This document shows positions 9,704 to 19,358 of a stretch of DNA of 64,000 nt, piece by piece (positions within the stretch are counted from its first letter, which is position 1; each line of letters starts with the position of its first letter). The stretch comes from an uncultured delta proteobacterium (GTDB lineage: Bacteria > Desulfobacterota > WTBG01). Location of the stretch: contig CAWCBP010000008.1 of the NCBI GenBank assembly GCA_963793865.1, forward strand, positions 544,001-608,000, read 5' to 3'. The position numbers and the translations under genes are program-made. Below the pieces are notes generated by a model. The model searched no databases and was not told the DNA's origin. It worked only from the letters and a program-made list of their open reading frames with translations.

Positions 9704-11080
9704 TCATGAAAGACCCTGCAGCTTGCGCATGAGCTCTTCCCCCAGCTGCCAGATATCGCCGGCGCCCAGGGTGATGACCGTGTCCCCCGGCTTGAGCAGG
9801 CTGATGAGCCGGTCCGCCAGCTCCTCTTTGCGGGGGACGTAGAGAACATTTTTGTGGCCCCGCTCCCTGATGCCCCGGCAGAGAACCTCGGCTGTCACCC
9901 CCGGCAGGGGATCCTCACCCGCCGGATAAATGTCGGTGAGCAGCAGCAGGTCCGCCTGATTAAATGCGCTGAGAAATTCGCGGTACAGATCCCGGGTGCG
10001 GGTATAGCGGTGGGGCTGAAACAGCACCACCAGCCTTCCCTTCCAGATGGCCTTTGCCGCCCTCAGGGTGGCCTGAATTTCCGTGGGATGATGCCCGTAG
10101 TCATCGATAAGGTTGATGCCGTTGAAGGTGCCCTTGAGCTGGAACCGGCGCTGCACCCCGCCGAAGGTTTTGAGCGCTTCCTGTATGACCGGAAAGGGAA
10201 GCTTGATTTCCATGGCGGTGGCAATGGCGGCCAGGGCGTTGAGCACGTTGTGCACGCCGGGAATGGGCAGCTCTATGGTGCCCAGCTCTTCCCGGTGACG
10301 GAGTACTTTGAAACTCATGGACAGCCCCCGGGCGGAAATATCGCATGCCTGCAGGTCGGCCTGGGGTGTCAGCCCGTAGGTGAGGTAGCGTTTTTCCAGG
10401 CGGGGAATCAGATCCTGCACGTGCTGGTTGTCGAGGCAGAGGATGGTGAGCCCGTAAAAGGGGATCTTGTTGGTGAAGGTGACAAAGGCGCGCTTGATTT
10501 CATCGATTGAGCCGTAATGGTCAAGGTGCTCGGGGTCGATGTTGGTGACCACGGCTATGGTGGGAGACAGCTTGAGGAACGAACCGTCGCTTTCGTCCGC
10601 CTCCACCACCATGAAATCCCCGCTGCCGAGTATGGTGTTGGTGTTGATGGTATTGAGCTTTCCCCCGATCACCACCGTGGGGCTGATGCCCGCCCGGTCG
10701 AGGACCGTGCCGATGAGCGAGGTGGTGGTGGTTTTACCGTGGGCGCCGGCAACGGCAATGCCGTATTTCAGCCGCATCAATTCGGCAAGCATCTCCGCCC
10801 GCGGGATCACCGGGATGGCCCGGCTGCGCGCCGCAATCACCTCGGGGTTGCCGGTTTTGACCGCCGAGGAGGTGACCACCACGTCAACATCGGTCACATG
10901 CTGTTCATGGTGGCCCTGGAAAACGGTCGCGCCGCGCTTCTGCAGACGCTCCGTGGTCTCGCTCAGCTTCAGATCGGACCCGCTCACCCGGTATCCAAGG
11001 TTCAGCAGCACCTCGGCTATGCCGCTCATGCCCGCGCCGCCGATCCCCACAAAATAAATATGCTTGATGCTCTGGTACAT
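9704..11080 (-). CDS. murC: UDP-N-acetylmuramate--L-alanine ligase
   Basis: [39 protein letters not shown]. Confidence 0.98.
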   Translation of the reverse strand: MYQSIKHIYFVGIGGAGMSGIAEVLLNLGYRVSGSDLKLSETTERLQKRGATVFQGHHEQHVTDVDVVVTSSAVKTGNPEVIAARSRAIPVIPRAEMLAELMRLKYGIAVAGAHGKTTTTSLIGTVLDRAGISPTVVIGGKLNTINTNTILGSGDFMVVEADESDGSFLKLSPTIAVVTNIDPEHLDHYGSIDEIKRAFVTFTNKIPFYGLTILCLDNQHVQDLIPRLEKRYLTYGLTPQADLQACDISARGLSMSFKVLRHREELGTIELPIPGVHNVLNALAAIATAMEIKLPFPVIQEALKTFGGVQRRFQLKGTFNGINLIDDYGHHPTEIQATLRAAKAIWKGRLVVLFQPHRYTRTRDLYREFLSAFNQADLLLLTDIYPAGEDPLPGVTAEVLCRGIRERGHKNVLYVPRKEELADRLISLLKPGDTVITLGAGDIWQLGEELMRKLQGLS

Positions 11081-11099
11081 GGTTTTTTTTAACAGTCCT

Positions 11100-12173
11100 T
11101 CAGGTTAGCAGCGCGTAACAGTGCTCAACGATTTCCCGGGCGGCATCAGGCCTTCCCAGCCTGCCCGCGTTCGCTCCCATGGCGGAGAGATCATCCGGGC
11201 TGCGATAGAGCTGAAGGATGCGCTCCGCCAGCGTCCTGCCGCTCAGCTCCCCCGGGTCAATGATGGTGGCCGCGCCCCGGCTGACCAGGAACATGGCATT
11301 ATGATGCTGGTGATTGTCAGCGGCCCAGGGATAGGGGATGAGGATGGAGGCCTTGCCGTGCACCATCAGTTCCGCCAGCGTGGTTGCCCCCGCCCGGCAG
11401 ACGATCAGATGGGCGCGCCGGTATGCGCCGGCCATGTGCTCGATAAAGGGAACCGCCTCGGCGGTAAAGCCCCGCTCCCGGTACGCTCCCCTGACCGCTT
11501 CCAGGTCGGCGGCGCCCGTTTGATGGATGAGCAGCAGCTCATCCCTGACGGGCAGCAGGTCCTGCAGCGCCTCAATGAGCGCGCAGTTGATCTGGTGTGA
11601 GCCGAGGCTGCCGCCCGATATCAATACGGTAAACGGCCGGGCGGGCGACGGCATCGGCGCCCCCTGCAGGTGCTGCTTTCGCAGCGGGTTTCCCGCGAGG
11701 ACCGCTTTGCCCGGGGGGAAATAGCGCTCCGATTCCTGGAAGGAGGTGAAAATACGATCTGCAATCCTGCCCAGGCTGCGGTTGGTGAGCCCGGGAAGCA
11801 CATTCTGCTCGTGGATGGCCCGCTTGACCCTCATGAGATAAGCGGCCGCCAGCACCGGTGCCGACACGTAGCCTCCCATCCCCAGGACCAGCTGGGGGGC
11901 GAAGCGCCTGATGATCAGCAGCGCCTGCATGATGCCCCTGCCGAGGTGCAGCAGGGCGGCGAGCACCTGCAGCGGATGCTTGCCCTTTACGCCGGCGGCG
12001 TCGATGGCCTCGAAGGAGCACCCGGCAGGAATCATCGTCCGCTTGTCCAGGTCCCGCCCGGTTCCGACGAAGAGGACGGCGGTCGCTTCATCCTTCTCCC
12101 TGAATGCTTCGGCCAGCGCAATGCCCGGAAACAAGTGACCTCCTGTACCGCCGGCGGCGATGAGTATTTTCAT
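11100..12173 (-). CDS. murG: Lipid II N-acetylglucosamine transferase
   Basis: [29 protein letters not shown]. Confidence 0.97.
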   Translation of the reverse strand: MKILIAAGGTGGHLFPGIALAEAFREKDEATAVLFVGTGRDLDKRTMIPAGCSFEAIDAAGVKGKHPLQVLAALLHLGRGIMQALLIIRRFAPQLVLGMGGYVSAPVLAAAYLMRVKRAIHEQNVLPGLTNRSLGRIADRIFTSFQESERYFPPGKAVLAGNPLRKQHLQGAPMPSPARPFTVLISGGSLGSHQINCALIEALQDLLPVRDELLLIHQTGAADLEAVRGAYRERGFTAEAVPFIEHMAGAYRRAHLIVCRAGATTLAELMVHGKASILIPYPWAADNHQHHNAMFLVSRGAATIIDPGELSGRTLAERILQLYRSPDDLSAMGANAGRLGRPDAAREIVEHCYALLT

Positions 12174-13279
12174 AGCTTGGTTTTCATGGACGGCTGTGAT
12201 CCGATATTGAGCAAAATGCCCATGCTGGTCAGGTTGATGACCAGGGACGTTCCCCCGTAGCTGATGAAGGGAAGCGTGGACCCCTTGGTGGGCAGAAGAC
12301 CCATCACCACCCCCAGGTTGATGGCCGCGTGCAGGCCGATGAAAGCGGTAATGCCCAGGGCCAGATAAGTGCCGAAGAGGTCCGGCGCCTTGAGGCAGAT
12401 TTTTATGCCGCAATAGATCAGCAGCCCGAAAAGCAGGATAATCAAGCAGGTGCCGACGAAGCCCATCTCCTCTCCCAAAATGGAGAAGATGAAGTCGGTA
12501 TGGGGCTCCGGCAGGTAAAAGAGCTTCTGCCGGCCGTTGCCCAGCCCCGTTCCCCACAGACCGCCTGATCCAAGGGCGATAAACGACTGGATGATCTGAA
12601 AGCCGGTGTCGGAGGCGTCCTTCCAGGGGTCATAAAACGCGGTGAGGCGCTCCATCCGGTATTTGGTGGCGATAATCAGCAGATAGCCGCCCGCCGCGGC
12701 AATGGCAAAAAATGAGGCAAGGTGCTTGAGCCTGCCTCCGCCCGCAAACACCAGCAGCAGGAAGAGCATGATCATCAGCATGGCGGTTCCGAAATCCGGC
12801 TGCTTGAGCACGAGCCCGAACATGAGCAGGGTGATCAGCAGGTGGGGGAGAAACCCCACCGAGAAGGATTTCATCCGCTCCTCTTTGCGGGAGAGGGAAT
12901 AGGCCAGAAAGATCACCAGGCCCAGCTTGGCAAACTCCGACGGCTGGAAGGAGACGGGTCCCACGTGCAGCCACCGGGTGGCTCCGCCGATGGTTTTGCC
13001 CATCCCCGGGACCAGAACCAGTATCAGCGAGGCAACGCTGACTGCCAGGATGAGATAGACACATTTCTTGAGCAGCTGATAGCGGATGCAGCGCGCGAGA
13101 AACAGCATCAGGAAGCCGAGCGCGGCAAAGGCGATCTGCTTTTTCAGGTAGTAGGTGCCGGTGCCGCATTTGTCGGCGGCGGATATGGAACTGGAGCTGT
13201 AGACCATGATGATGCCGATGATCACAAAACTGAAGACGATGGCCAGCAGCAGCCGGTCGTATACTTTTTGCGATTCCAT
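12170..13279 (-). CDS. ftsW: SEDS peptidoglycan glycosyltransferase FtsW
   Basis: GATRW, FQPSEFAK, QPDFGT, LPEPHTDFIF, LPFISYGG. Confidence 0.97.
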   Translation of the reverse strand: MESQKVYDRLLLAIVFSFVIIGIIMVYSSSSISAADKCGTGTYYLKKQIAFAALGFLMLFLARCIRYQLLKKCVYLILAVSVASLILVLVPGMGKTIGGATRWLHVGPVSFQPSEFAKLGLVIFLAYSLSRKEERMKSFSVGFLPHLLITLLMFGLVLKQPDFGTAMLMIMLFLLLVFAGGGRLKHLASFFAIAAAGGYLLIIATKYRMERLTAFYDPWKDASDTGFQIIQSFIALGSGGLWGTGLGNGRQKLFYLPEPHTDFIFSILGEEMGFVGTCLIILLFGLLIYCGIKICLKAPDLFGTYLALGITAFIGLHAAINLGVVMGLLPTKGSTLPFISYGGTSLVINLTSMGILLNIGSQPSMKTKL

Positions 13280-14676
13280 TACGCGTTTCCCCCCTCATGA
13301 GTTCCGGCGAAGCGGTGAACCAGTGCGCTGAAGGCGTCTCCCCGCTGTTCATAACTGGCGAACATGTCAAAGCTGGAGCAGGCGGGGGAGAGCAGGATGG
13401 TGTCGCCGGCGGATGCCGCCTCGCGCACGGAGCGGTTGAACGCGTCTTCAAGGCTGTCCGCCAGGATGACGGTGGTTGCATCTTTCAGCACCTCCCGCAT
13501 TTTTTCCCTGGCCTCGCCGATGAGCACCAGCGCCTTCACTTTTTCCCTGAGCAGGGGAATGAGCGGATCGTAGTCGCCGCCCTTGTCCTTGCCGCCTGCG
13601 ATGAGAATCAGGGGCGGAGGCATTGATTCCAGAGCGCTCACCACTGAGCCGACGTTGGTCGCCTTTGAATCGTTGTAAAATCGTATCCCCTTGTGTTCCA
13701 GCACGAACTCCAGGCGGTGGTGCAGCGTTTTAAAATGGTCTATGGTGCGCTGGACGGACTCCCGCCCGCACCCGCAGAGCCTGCTCACGGCAATTGCCGC
13801 CATGACGTTGTGCAGATTGTGGGTGCCCTTAAGCTGCAGGCGATCGGCGGCGAAGGTCTCCTGCTCATCCCCCACCCGGTAGCAGAATTGCCGGTCGCGG
13901 TAGTATATGCCGGCGGGTACCGGCCGGCTGGCGCTGAAGGAAATCATCGTCGCCCGGACCGAAGGGGAGAGCTTTTGCACATCCGCATCATCGGCATTAA
14001 GCAGGGCGTAATCGCTCTCCCGCTGATTGGAGAAAACCCGTGCCTTGGCGGCAATGTACTCTCCGTATGAGGAATAGCGGTCGAGGTGGTCCTGCTGGAG
14101 ATTGAGCAGCACGCTGATGAAGGGCCTGAATGTCCGTATGCCCTCCAGCTGGAAGCTGCTGATTTCGGCGATAATGAATTCGGCGGCATGTCCGTGCAGG
14201 ACATATTCAATCAGGGGGGTGCCGACATTGCCGCCCAGAAAGATGTTCCTGCCCGCGCCGCGAAAAATCTCGGCCATGAGCTTGACGGTGGTGGTCTTTC
14301 CATTGGTGCCGGTTACGGCGATGATGGGTGTCCGGATGTGGCGGGAGGCCAGCTCTATTTCGCTGATGATCTCCCTGCTTTTTTCCGCCGCCGCCCGCAG
14401 CGGCGGCACATCCGGCGAAACCCCGGGGCTGACCACAATCAGATCGGCGGCAAGGAAGGTTTCCAGCCGGTGGCCTCCTGTTTCAACGGTGATCCCCCGG
14501 CCGCTGAGGGCGCGCAGCGCGGGCAGTACCGCCGCCTCATCGCGCGCTTCGCTGACCGTAACCCGTGCCCCCCGGCCCTGCAGAAACTGCGCGGTTGCGA
14601 CGCCGGTAGCGCCCAGCCCCACCACCAGAACCTTTTGACCCTTCATCTGCGGTTGCGATGCCTTCAGTTCTTCCAC
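13279..14676 (-). CDS. murD: UDP-N-acetylmuramoyl-L-alanine--D-glutamate ligase
   Basis: TGTNGKTT, GGNVG, EISSFQL, NDSKATN, LSPACSSFDMF. The ORF-track N-terminus (MTFFNGL) lies in a repeat end, so GTG 14676 or the later ATG (MKGQK) is preferred. Confidence 0.96.
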   Translation of the reverse strand: MEELKASQPQMKGQKVLVVGLGATGVATAQFLQGRGARVTVSEARDEAAVLPALRALSGRGITVETGGHRLETFLAADLIVVSPGVSPDVPPLRAAAEKSREIISEIELASRHIRTPIIAVTGTNGKTTTVKLMAEIFRGAGRNIFLGGNVGTPLIEYVLHGHAAEFIIAEISSFQLEGIRTFRPFISVLLNLQQDHLDRYSSYGEYIAAKARVFSNQRESDYALLNADDADVQKLSPSVRATMISFSASRPVPAGIYYRDRQFCYRVGDEQETFAADRLQLKGTHNLHNVMAAIAVSRLCGCGRESVQRTIDHFKTLHHRLEFVLEHKGIRFYNDSKATNVGSVVSALESMPPPLILIAGGKDKGGDYDPLIPLLREKVKALVLIGEAREKMREVLKDATTVILADSLEDAFNRSVREAASAGDTILLSPACSSFDMFASYEQRGDAFSALVHRFAGTHEGGNA

Positions 14677-14693
14677 CGTTTGCCTTCTCTCCG

Positions 14694-14812
14694 GCAGTCC
14701 GTTGAAAAACGTCATTGATTCCTTTATTTATATGTGGCTCAAGGGGGAGGGGCTTTTAAGCCACAACAATGTGTCTTTACGCGCCTGCGCCGCTACTTTT
14801 TCAACAACCTCG
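14694..14812. repeat. Degenerate MITE-like element (short subfamily)
   Basis: Ends gcagtccgttgaaaaac and tactttttcaacaacctc resemble the other copies. Shares gttgtRgctYaaaagccc(c)tcccccttgagcc with the 31045 copy. Confidence 0.65.
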
Positions 14813-14847
14813 AGTGCGACCGCCACTGCGGCGCGAGTTGCCTCATG

Positions 14848-15924
14848 CTAGCGCAGCTTGAGCGTGCTGATGGCCACCAGGGCCAGCATGGCGGCGATGA
14901 TCCAGAACCTCACGATTATCTTCGGCTCCGCCCATCCCTTCAGTTCATAGTGGTGGTGGAGCGGGGCCATGGCGAATATGCGCTTCTTCCTCAGCCGGAA
15001 GGAGGCGACCTGAAAAATGACCGAGAGCGCCTCCACCACAAAGATTCCCCCGACGATGGCCAGGAGTATTTCATGCTTGCTGATTATGGCAATGGTGCCC
15101 AGGGCACCGCCCAGCGACAGGGAACCGACGTCACCCATGAACATCTGGGCGGGATAGGCGTTGAACCAGAGAAACCCGGTGGCCGCCCCGAGCAGGGCCC
15201 CGCAGAAAATGGTCAACTCCCCGCTGCCGGGAATGTAGAGAATCTGCAGATAGCTGGCTATCTTGCTGTGCCCGGCAAAATAGGAAAAGAGGAGGTAGGT
15301 CAGCGAAACCATGAGCACCAGCCCGATGGCCAGCCCGTCCAGCCCGTCGGTCAGGTTTACCGCGTTGGATGTGCCGACAATGATGAGGATGACGAAGGGA
15401 ATGTACAGCATCCCGAGATTGATCGACACCTGCTTGAAAAAGGGTATGGTCAGCGTCCGGTCGAATTCGGGGGTGAGGTAGAAGTAGATGCCCAGGGCCG
15501 TTCCCACCAGCATCTGTCCCCAGAGCTTAAAGCGGGCGGAGACGCCGCGGGAGCTTTTGCTGCGGATTTTTTTCAGATCGTCGATCAGGCCGATGACGCC
15601 CAGCGCCCAGGTGGTAAGCAGGACCGTCCAGAGATACCCGTTGGTGAGGTCGCCCCAGAGCAGCGCGCCCGCCGACAGGGAGAAGAGGATGAGGATTCCG
15701 CCCATGGTGGGCGTGCCGCGCTTGTTCAGATGTCCCGACGGCCCGTCCTCCCTGATGTGCTGGCCGAGGTTGAGGCTGCGGAGCTTGTTGATGAACCAGG
15801 GACCGAGCACCAGCGCGATGAGCAGGGCGGTAATGATGGCATAGATGGTCCTGAAGGTAATATAGCGAAACACATTAAATATGCTGTAGGTCTCATGCAG
15901 CGGGTAGAGCAGGTGATAGAGCAT
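14848..15924 (-). CDS. mraY: Phospho-N-acetylmuramoyl-pentapeptide transferase
   Basis: [37 protein letters not shown]. Confidence 0.98.
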   Translation of the reverse strand: MLYHLLYPLHETYSIFNVFRYITFRTIYAIITALLIALVLGPWFINKLRSLNLGQHIREDGPSGHLNKRGTPTMGGILILFSLSAGALLWGDLTNGYLWTVLLTTWALGVIGLIDDLKKIRSKSSRGVSARFKLWGQMLVGTALGIYFYLTPEFDRTLTIPFFKQVSINLGMLYIPFVILIIVGTSNAVNLTDGLDGLAIGLVLMVSLTYLLFSYFAGHSKIASYLQILYIPGSGELTIFCGALLGAATGFLWFNAYPAQMFMGDVGSLSLGGALGTIAIISKHEILLAIVGGIFVVEALSVIFQVASFRLRKKRIFAMAPLHHHYELKGWAEPKIIVRFWIIAAMLALVAISTLKLR

Positions 15925-15943
15925 GAATCTGTTTCCTTGCGGT

Positions 15944-16330
15944 TTAGCTGTTTGCCTGTGCCAGGCGGCTTTTCAAACCTTCCTGCACGACTTCAATAAG
16001 CTGGTTGTGGCTGAACGGCTTGCAGAGTCGCGCATAGGGCCGGGGACTGCAGTCCGTCTCGGTGCCGGCGCGCCCGGTCAGCACGATGGTGACCATTTTC
16101 GTTTTGAGCTGGGATATTTTCTCCAGCAGTTCCATTCCCCCCATCAGGGGCATTTGCAGGTCGGTGATGACCACGTCATAGTGGCTGCTGCGCAGTATAT
16201 CAAAGGCCTCCCTTCCGTCGGCGGCGGTGCTGACCTCATATCCGTTCAGGGCTAAGAATGCCCCGGTGATCTCCCGCACCACCTTCTCGTCGTCAACCAC
16301 CAGTATTCTGGGCGTCGGCTGCGTGGCCAT
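15944..16330 (-). CDS. Stand-alone response regulator receiver (CheY-like)
   Basis: [16 protein letters not shown] (phospho-Asp), LTG, KPF. No output domain. RBS GGAGG. Confidence 0.9.
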   Translation of the reverse strand: MATQPTPRILVVDDEKVVREITGAFLALNGYEVSTAADGREAFDILRSSHYDVVITDLQMPLMGGMELLEKISQLKTKMVTIVLTGRAGTETDCSPRPYARLCKPFSHNQLIEVVQEGLKSRLAQANS

Positions 16331-16372
16331 AGATTCCTCCCTGTGCCGGTAAAGTGCCTGCCTCTCTTCAGA

Positions 16373-17818
16373 TCAGTGATTGCAGCTCATGCGCAGTGCC
16401 GGCGCGGGCGAAGGACCGCCCGCGCATGCCGTTCGCAGCTGCCTGAAGAGCTCCATGCTTTTCTCCATGCGCATGCCCCGGGATCCCTTGAAGAGTATCC
16501 AGTCGTGGGGCTGCACCATGCCGTCAAGCCGGCGGGCGATTTCCTCGGGGGTGTCCGCAATGGATACGGCCGCCCCTGCGGTTCCTCTCTCACCGGCACC
16601 GGCCGCCACGGCGTGGGCGTGAGCGCCGGTAAGAATGGCATCGCTTATCTGTAAGTCGGTGATGAGCGATCCCAGCTGGCGGTGATATGTCTCCGAGGCC
16701 TCACCCAGCTCCAGCATATCGCCCAACACCGCAATTCCCCTTCCTGTGCCCCTGAGCTGCGCCAGGACTTTGAGGGCAATTGCCATGGAAACGGGGTTGG
16801 CATTGTAGGTGTCGTTGATGATGGTGATGTTATTATCAAGGCGGATGATTTCCATCCTGCCCGGGAAGGAGGTGTATGCCTCCAGTCCCGCCTGTATCTC
16901 CTGCATGCCGGCCCCGCAGAGGCTGGCTGCCGCTGCCGCCGCCAGCGCGTTGTAGACGGAGTGCATACCCGGGACCCTGAGGGAGACCGGAATGCTTTCC
17001 TTCCCGATGACGAGGGTGAAGCGATTCTCCCCGGCCGCGGACGATAGCACATCCACCGCTCTCACCTGCGCCGGCGAAGCGATGCCGAAGGTCATGATCT
17101 GCGCGGGACACCGCCCGGCCAGCGCCGCGACACGGGGGTCGTCCGCGTTCATCACCGCATGGCAGCCGCTGCCGAGCGACTCCAGCAGCTCGCCTTTGGC
17201 CAGCGCCACCTCCTCAAGGGTTTTGAGGTATTCCAGGTGGACCGGGCCGACATTGGTGATGACGCCGATGCGGGGCCGGGCTATTTGGGCAAGCCGCCTG
17301 ATTTCGCCCCGCCGGTTCATGCCCAGTTCCAGCACGGCCATCTGATGGCGGGGCCTGAGCTCCAGCAGGGTAAGGGGCAGACCGATCAGGTTGTTCCAGT
17401 TGCAGCGGGGTTTGAGGACCGCGTGGGACTGCTCCAGGATGGCCGCGGTCATTTCCCTGGTGGTGGTTTTGCCGTTGCTTCCGGTGATGGCGATGATGGT
17501 TGCCGCCGTGTGCTCGACCCACGCCCCGGCGAGATCTCCCAGGGCGGTCAGGGTATCGGCGACCTGGATGACGGGAATGTCGGGAGGCAGGTCAACCCGT
17601 TTCCAATCCTTGTCGACCATGATCCCCGCGGCTTCAGCCTGCAGTGCCCGGCCGATAAAATCATGGCCGTCAAAATGCTCCCCTTTGAGCGGAATGAAGA
17701 GCTCTCCCGGTCGGGTTGATCGCGAATCGGTGGAAACCCCTTCCATCCGCCTTCGGGGATTGCCCTGCAGCACCCGCCCTGAAGCGGCCGCTGCTATGCT
17801 TTCAATAGTAAGCTCCAT
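16373..17818 (-). CDS. murF: UDP-N-acetylmuramoyl-tripeptide--D-alanyl-D-alanine ligase
   Basis: TDSR, FDGHDF, ITGSNGKTTT, NNLIGLP, DTYNANP, LGDMLELG, KGSRG. Confidence 0.97.
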   Translation of the reverse strand: MELTIESIAAAASGRVLQGNPRRRMEGVSTDSRSTRPGELFIPLKGEHFDGHDFIGRALQAEAAGIMVDKDWKRVDLPPDIPVIQVADTLTALGDLAGAWVEHTAATIIAITGSNGKTTTREMTAAILEQSHAVLKPRCNWNNLIGLPLTLLELRPRHQMAVLELGMNRRGEIRRLAQIARPRIGVITNVGPVHLEYLKTLEEVALAKGELLESLGSGCHAVMNADDPRVAALAGRCPAQIMTFGIASPAQVRAVDVLSSAAGENRFTLVIGKESIPVSLRVPGMHSVYNALAAAAAASLCGAGMQEIQAGLEAYTSFPGRMEIIRLDNNITIINDTYNANPVSMAIALKVLAQLRGTGRGIAVLGDMLELGEASETYHRQLGSLITDLQISDAILTGAHAHAVAAGAGERGTAGAAVSIADTPEEIARRLDGMVQPHDWILFKGSRGMRMEKSMELFRQLRTACAGGPSPAPALRMSCNH

Positions 17819-17836
17819 GATGCCGGATGTCCCCCC

Positions 17837-19354
17837 TCAGGATAACCGGGACAGCGCGCTGGATACTTCCTCCCGGTCGCTGAACTGGTGCCTGGTCGTT
17901 CCTATGATCTGGTAGTCTTCATGGCCCTTGCCCGCAATAAGCAGGATGTCCCCCGGTTTGCTTAGGCTGACGGCGGTTCTGATGGCCTCCCGTCGGTCGG
18001 GAATAACCGCATAGGCCTGTTTGTGCCCGTTTTCGCTCAGCGCCTGCCGCGTGAGCCTGGCGATGGCTTTTTTGTCAATGCCGGCCTCAATCTGTTCAAT
18101 GATGTCCTGGGGGTTTTCGGTGCGCGGGTTATCGGAGGTGATGATGGTGATGTCGCTTCTCCGGGTTGCCTCGTCGCCCATGGGTCCCCGCTTGGTGGTG
18201 TCGCGGTCCCCCCCGCAGCCGAATACGGTGATAAGACGCTTCGGTCCCAGTGCCCTCAGGGTGTCCAGCACCTGGGCCAGTGCGTCGCTGGTGTGGGCAT
18301 AGTCGATGAGAATGGTCAACCCCCTGCCGTTGGGCACCTGCTCCAGCCTGCCGGGGATGTGCTGCAGCCCGGCGATGCCCCGGCTGATCACCGGGAGGGG
18401 AATGTTCTGGGTGAGCGCCGCTCCCAGCGCCGCCAGGATGTTTTCGCTGTTGTATGAGCCGATCAATGAGGAGCGGATTTCAACCGCCCCGGACGGGGTC
18501 ATCACCCTCAGGGATGTGCCGCTGTGATCGAGCGCAAGGTCCTGCACGCTGATTTCAATGCCTTCCCGGATTCCGTAGCGCAGCAGCTTCGCCCTGCTGA
18601 TGGTGCAGAGGGTTTTGCCGAAATCATCGTCGTAGTTAATCAGCGCGTATTTTTTTTCCTTGCAGCTCCCCGGGAGATAGCGGCTGAAGAGCAGCTCCTT
18701 GGCCCGGGCATAGCTTTCCATGCTGCCGTGATAATCAAGGTGCTCGGCCGACAAATTGGTGAAGACGGCGACGTCGAAGTTGAGGCACTCCACCCGGTGC
18801 TGCTCCAGGGCGTGGGAGGATACCTCGATAATCAGATGGGTGATGCCGGCGTCAACCATTTCCCTCATGAGTGCCTGCAGGACCAGGGCGTTGGGGGTGG
18901 TGTTGGGGGCGGGCCGGCGGATGTTGCCGAAGCGGTACTCGATGGTCCCGATCACCCCCGGCCGATACCCGGCCTCCCTGAGGATTGATTCCAGCAGGAA
19001 GGTGGTGGTGGTTTTGCCGTTGGTGCCGGTAATGCCGATGACGGTCATGTGCCGGGAGGGATGTCCGTAAAAGCAGTCGGCAACCCGGGCCAGGGCTATC
19101 CGCGTGTCCGGCACCTTGATGACGGTCACCTCCCCTCCCGCGCGGGTGTCCTCCTCCACAATCAGCGCCCGCGCCCCGGAGGCGATTGCCTGCTCAACAA
19201 AGGCGTGACCATCGTTGTGGGCGCCTTTCAGCGCGACAAAAAGCCCGTCCTGTCCGACATGGTTGGAATCATGGGAGAGGTGCCTGATATCAACCAGCGT
19301 GGTTCCTTGTATTTCCCTGCTGCCGAGATCATTGATCAGGTGCGCGAGTTGCAT
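17837..19354 (-). CDS. murE: UDP-N-acetylmuramoyl-dipeptide--meso-DAP ligase
   Basis: GITGTNGKTT, EVSSH, DYAHT, FGCGGDRD, DNPR (DAP-specific), AGKGHE. Confidence 0.97.
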   Translation of the reverse strand: MQLAHLINDLGSREIQGTTLVDIRHLSHDSNHVGQDGLFVALKGAHNDGHAFVEQAIASGARALIVEEDTRAGGEVTVIKVPDTRIALARVADCFYGHPSRHMTVIGITGTNGKTTTTFLLESILREAGYRPGVIGTIEYRFGNIRRPAPNTTPNALVLQALMREMVDAGITHLIIEVSSHALEQHRVECLNFDVAVFTNLSAEHLDYHGSMESYARAKELLFSRYLPGSCKEKKYALINYDDDFGKTLCTISRAKLLRYGIREGIEISVQDLALDHSGTSLRVMTPSGAVEIRSSLIGSYNSENILAALGAALTQNIPLPVISRGIAGLQHIPGRLEQVPNGRGLTILIDYAHTSDALAQVLDTLRALGPKRLITVFGCGGDRDTTKRGPMGDEATRRSDITIITSDNPRTENPQDIIEQIEAGIDKKAIARLTRQALSENGHKQAYAVIPDRREAIRTAVSLSKPGDILLIAGKGHEDYQIIGTTRHQFSDREEVSSALSRLS

Positions 19355-19358
19355 GGAT

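Noticed and set aside
11081..11100. aggactgttaaaaaaa after the murG stop as a MITE remnant
   Set aside because: Too short to distinguish from chance.
14677..14715. N-terminal extension MTFFNGLPERRQT of MurD
   Set aside because: Encoded largely by the repeat element end; a downstream start is more plausible.
14723..14740. NrdR-like half site (CCACATATAA) between mraY and murD
   Set aside because: Poor match, no partner box, and it lies inside a repeat element.
14734..15999. 421-aa plus-strand ORF and many similar long antisense ORFs across the dcw cluster
   Set aside because: Shadows of well-conserved minus-strand genes in GC-rich DNA; no recognisable motifs.
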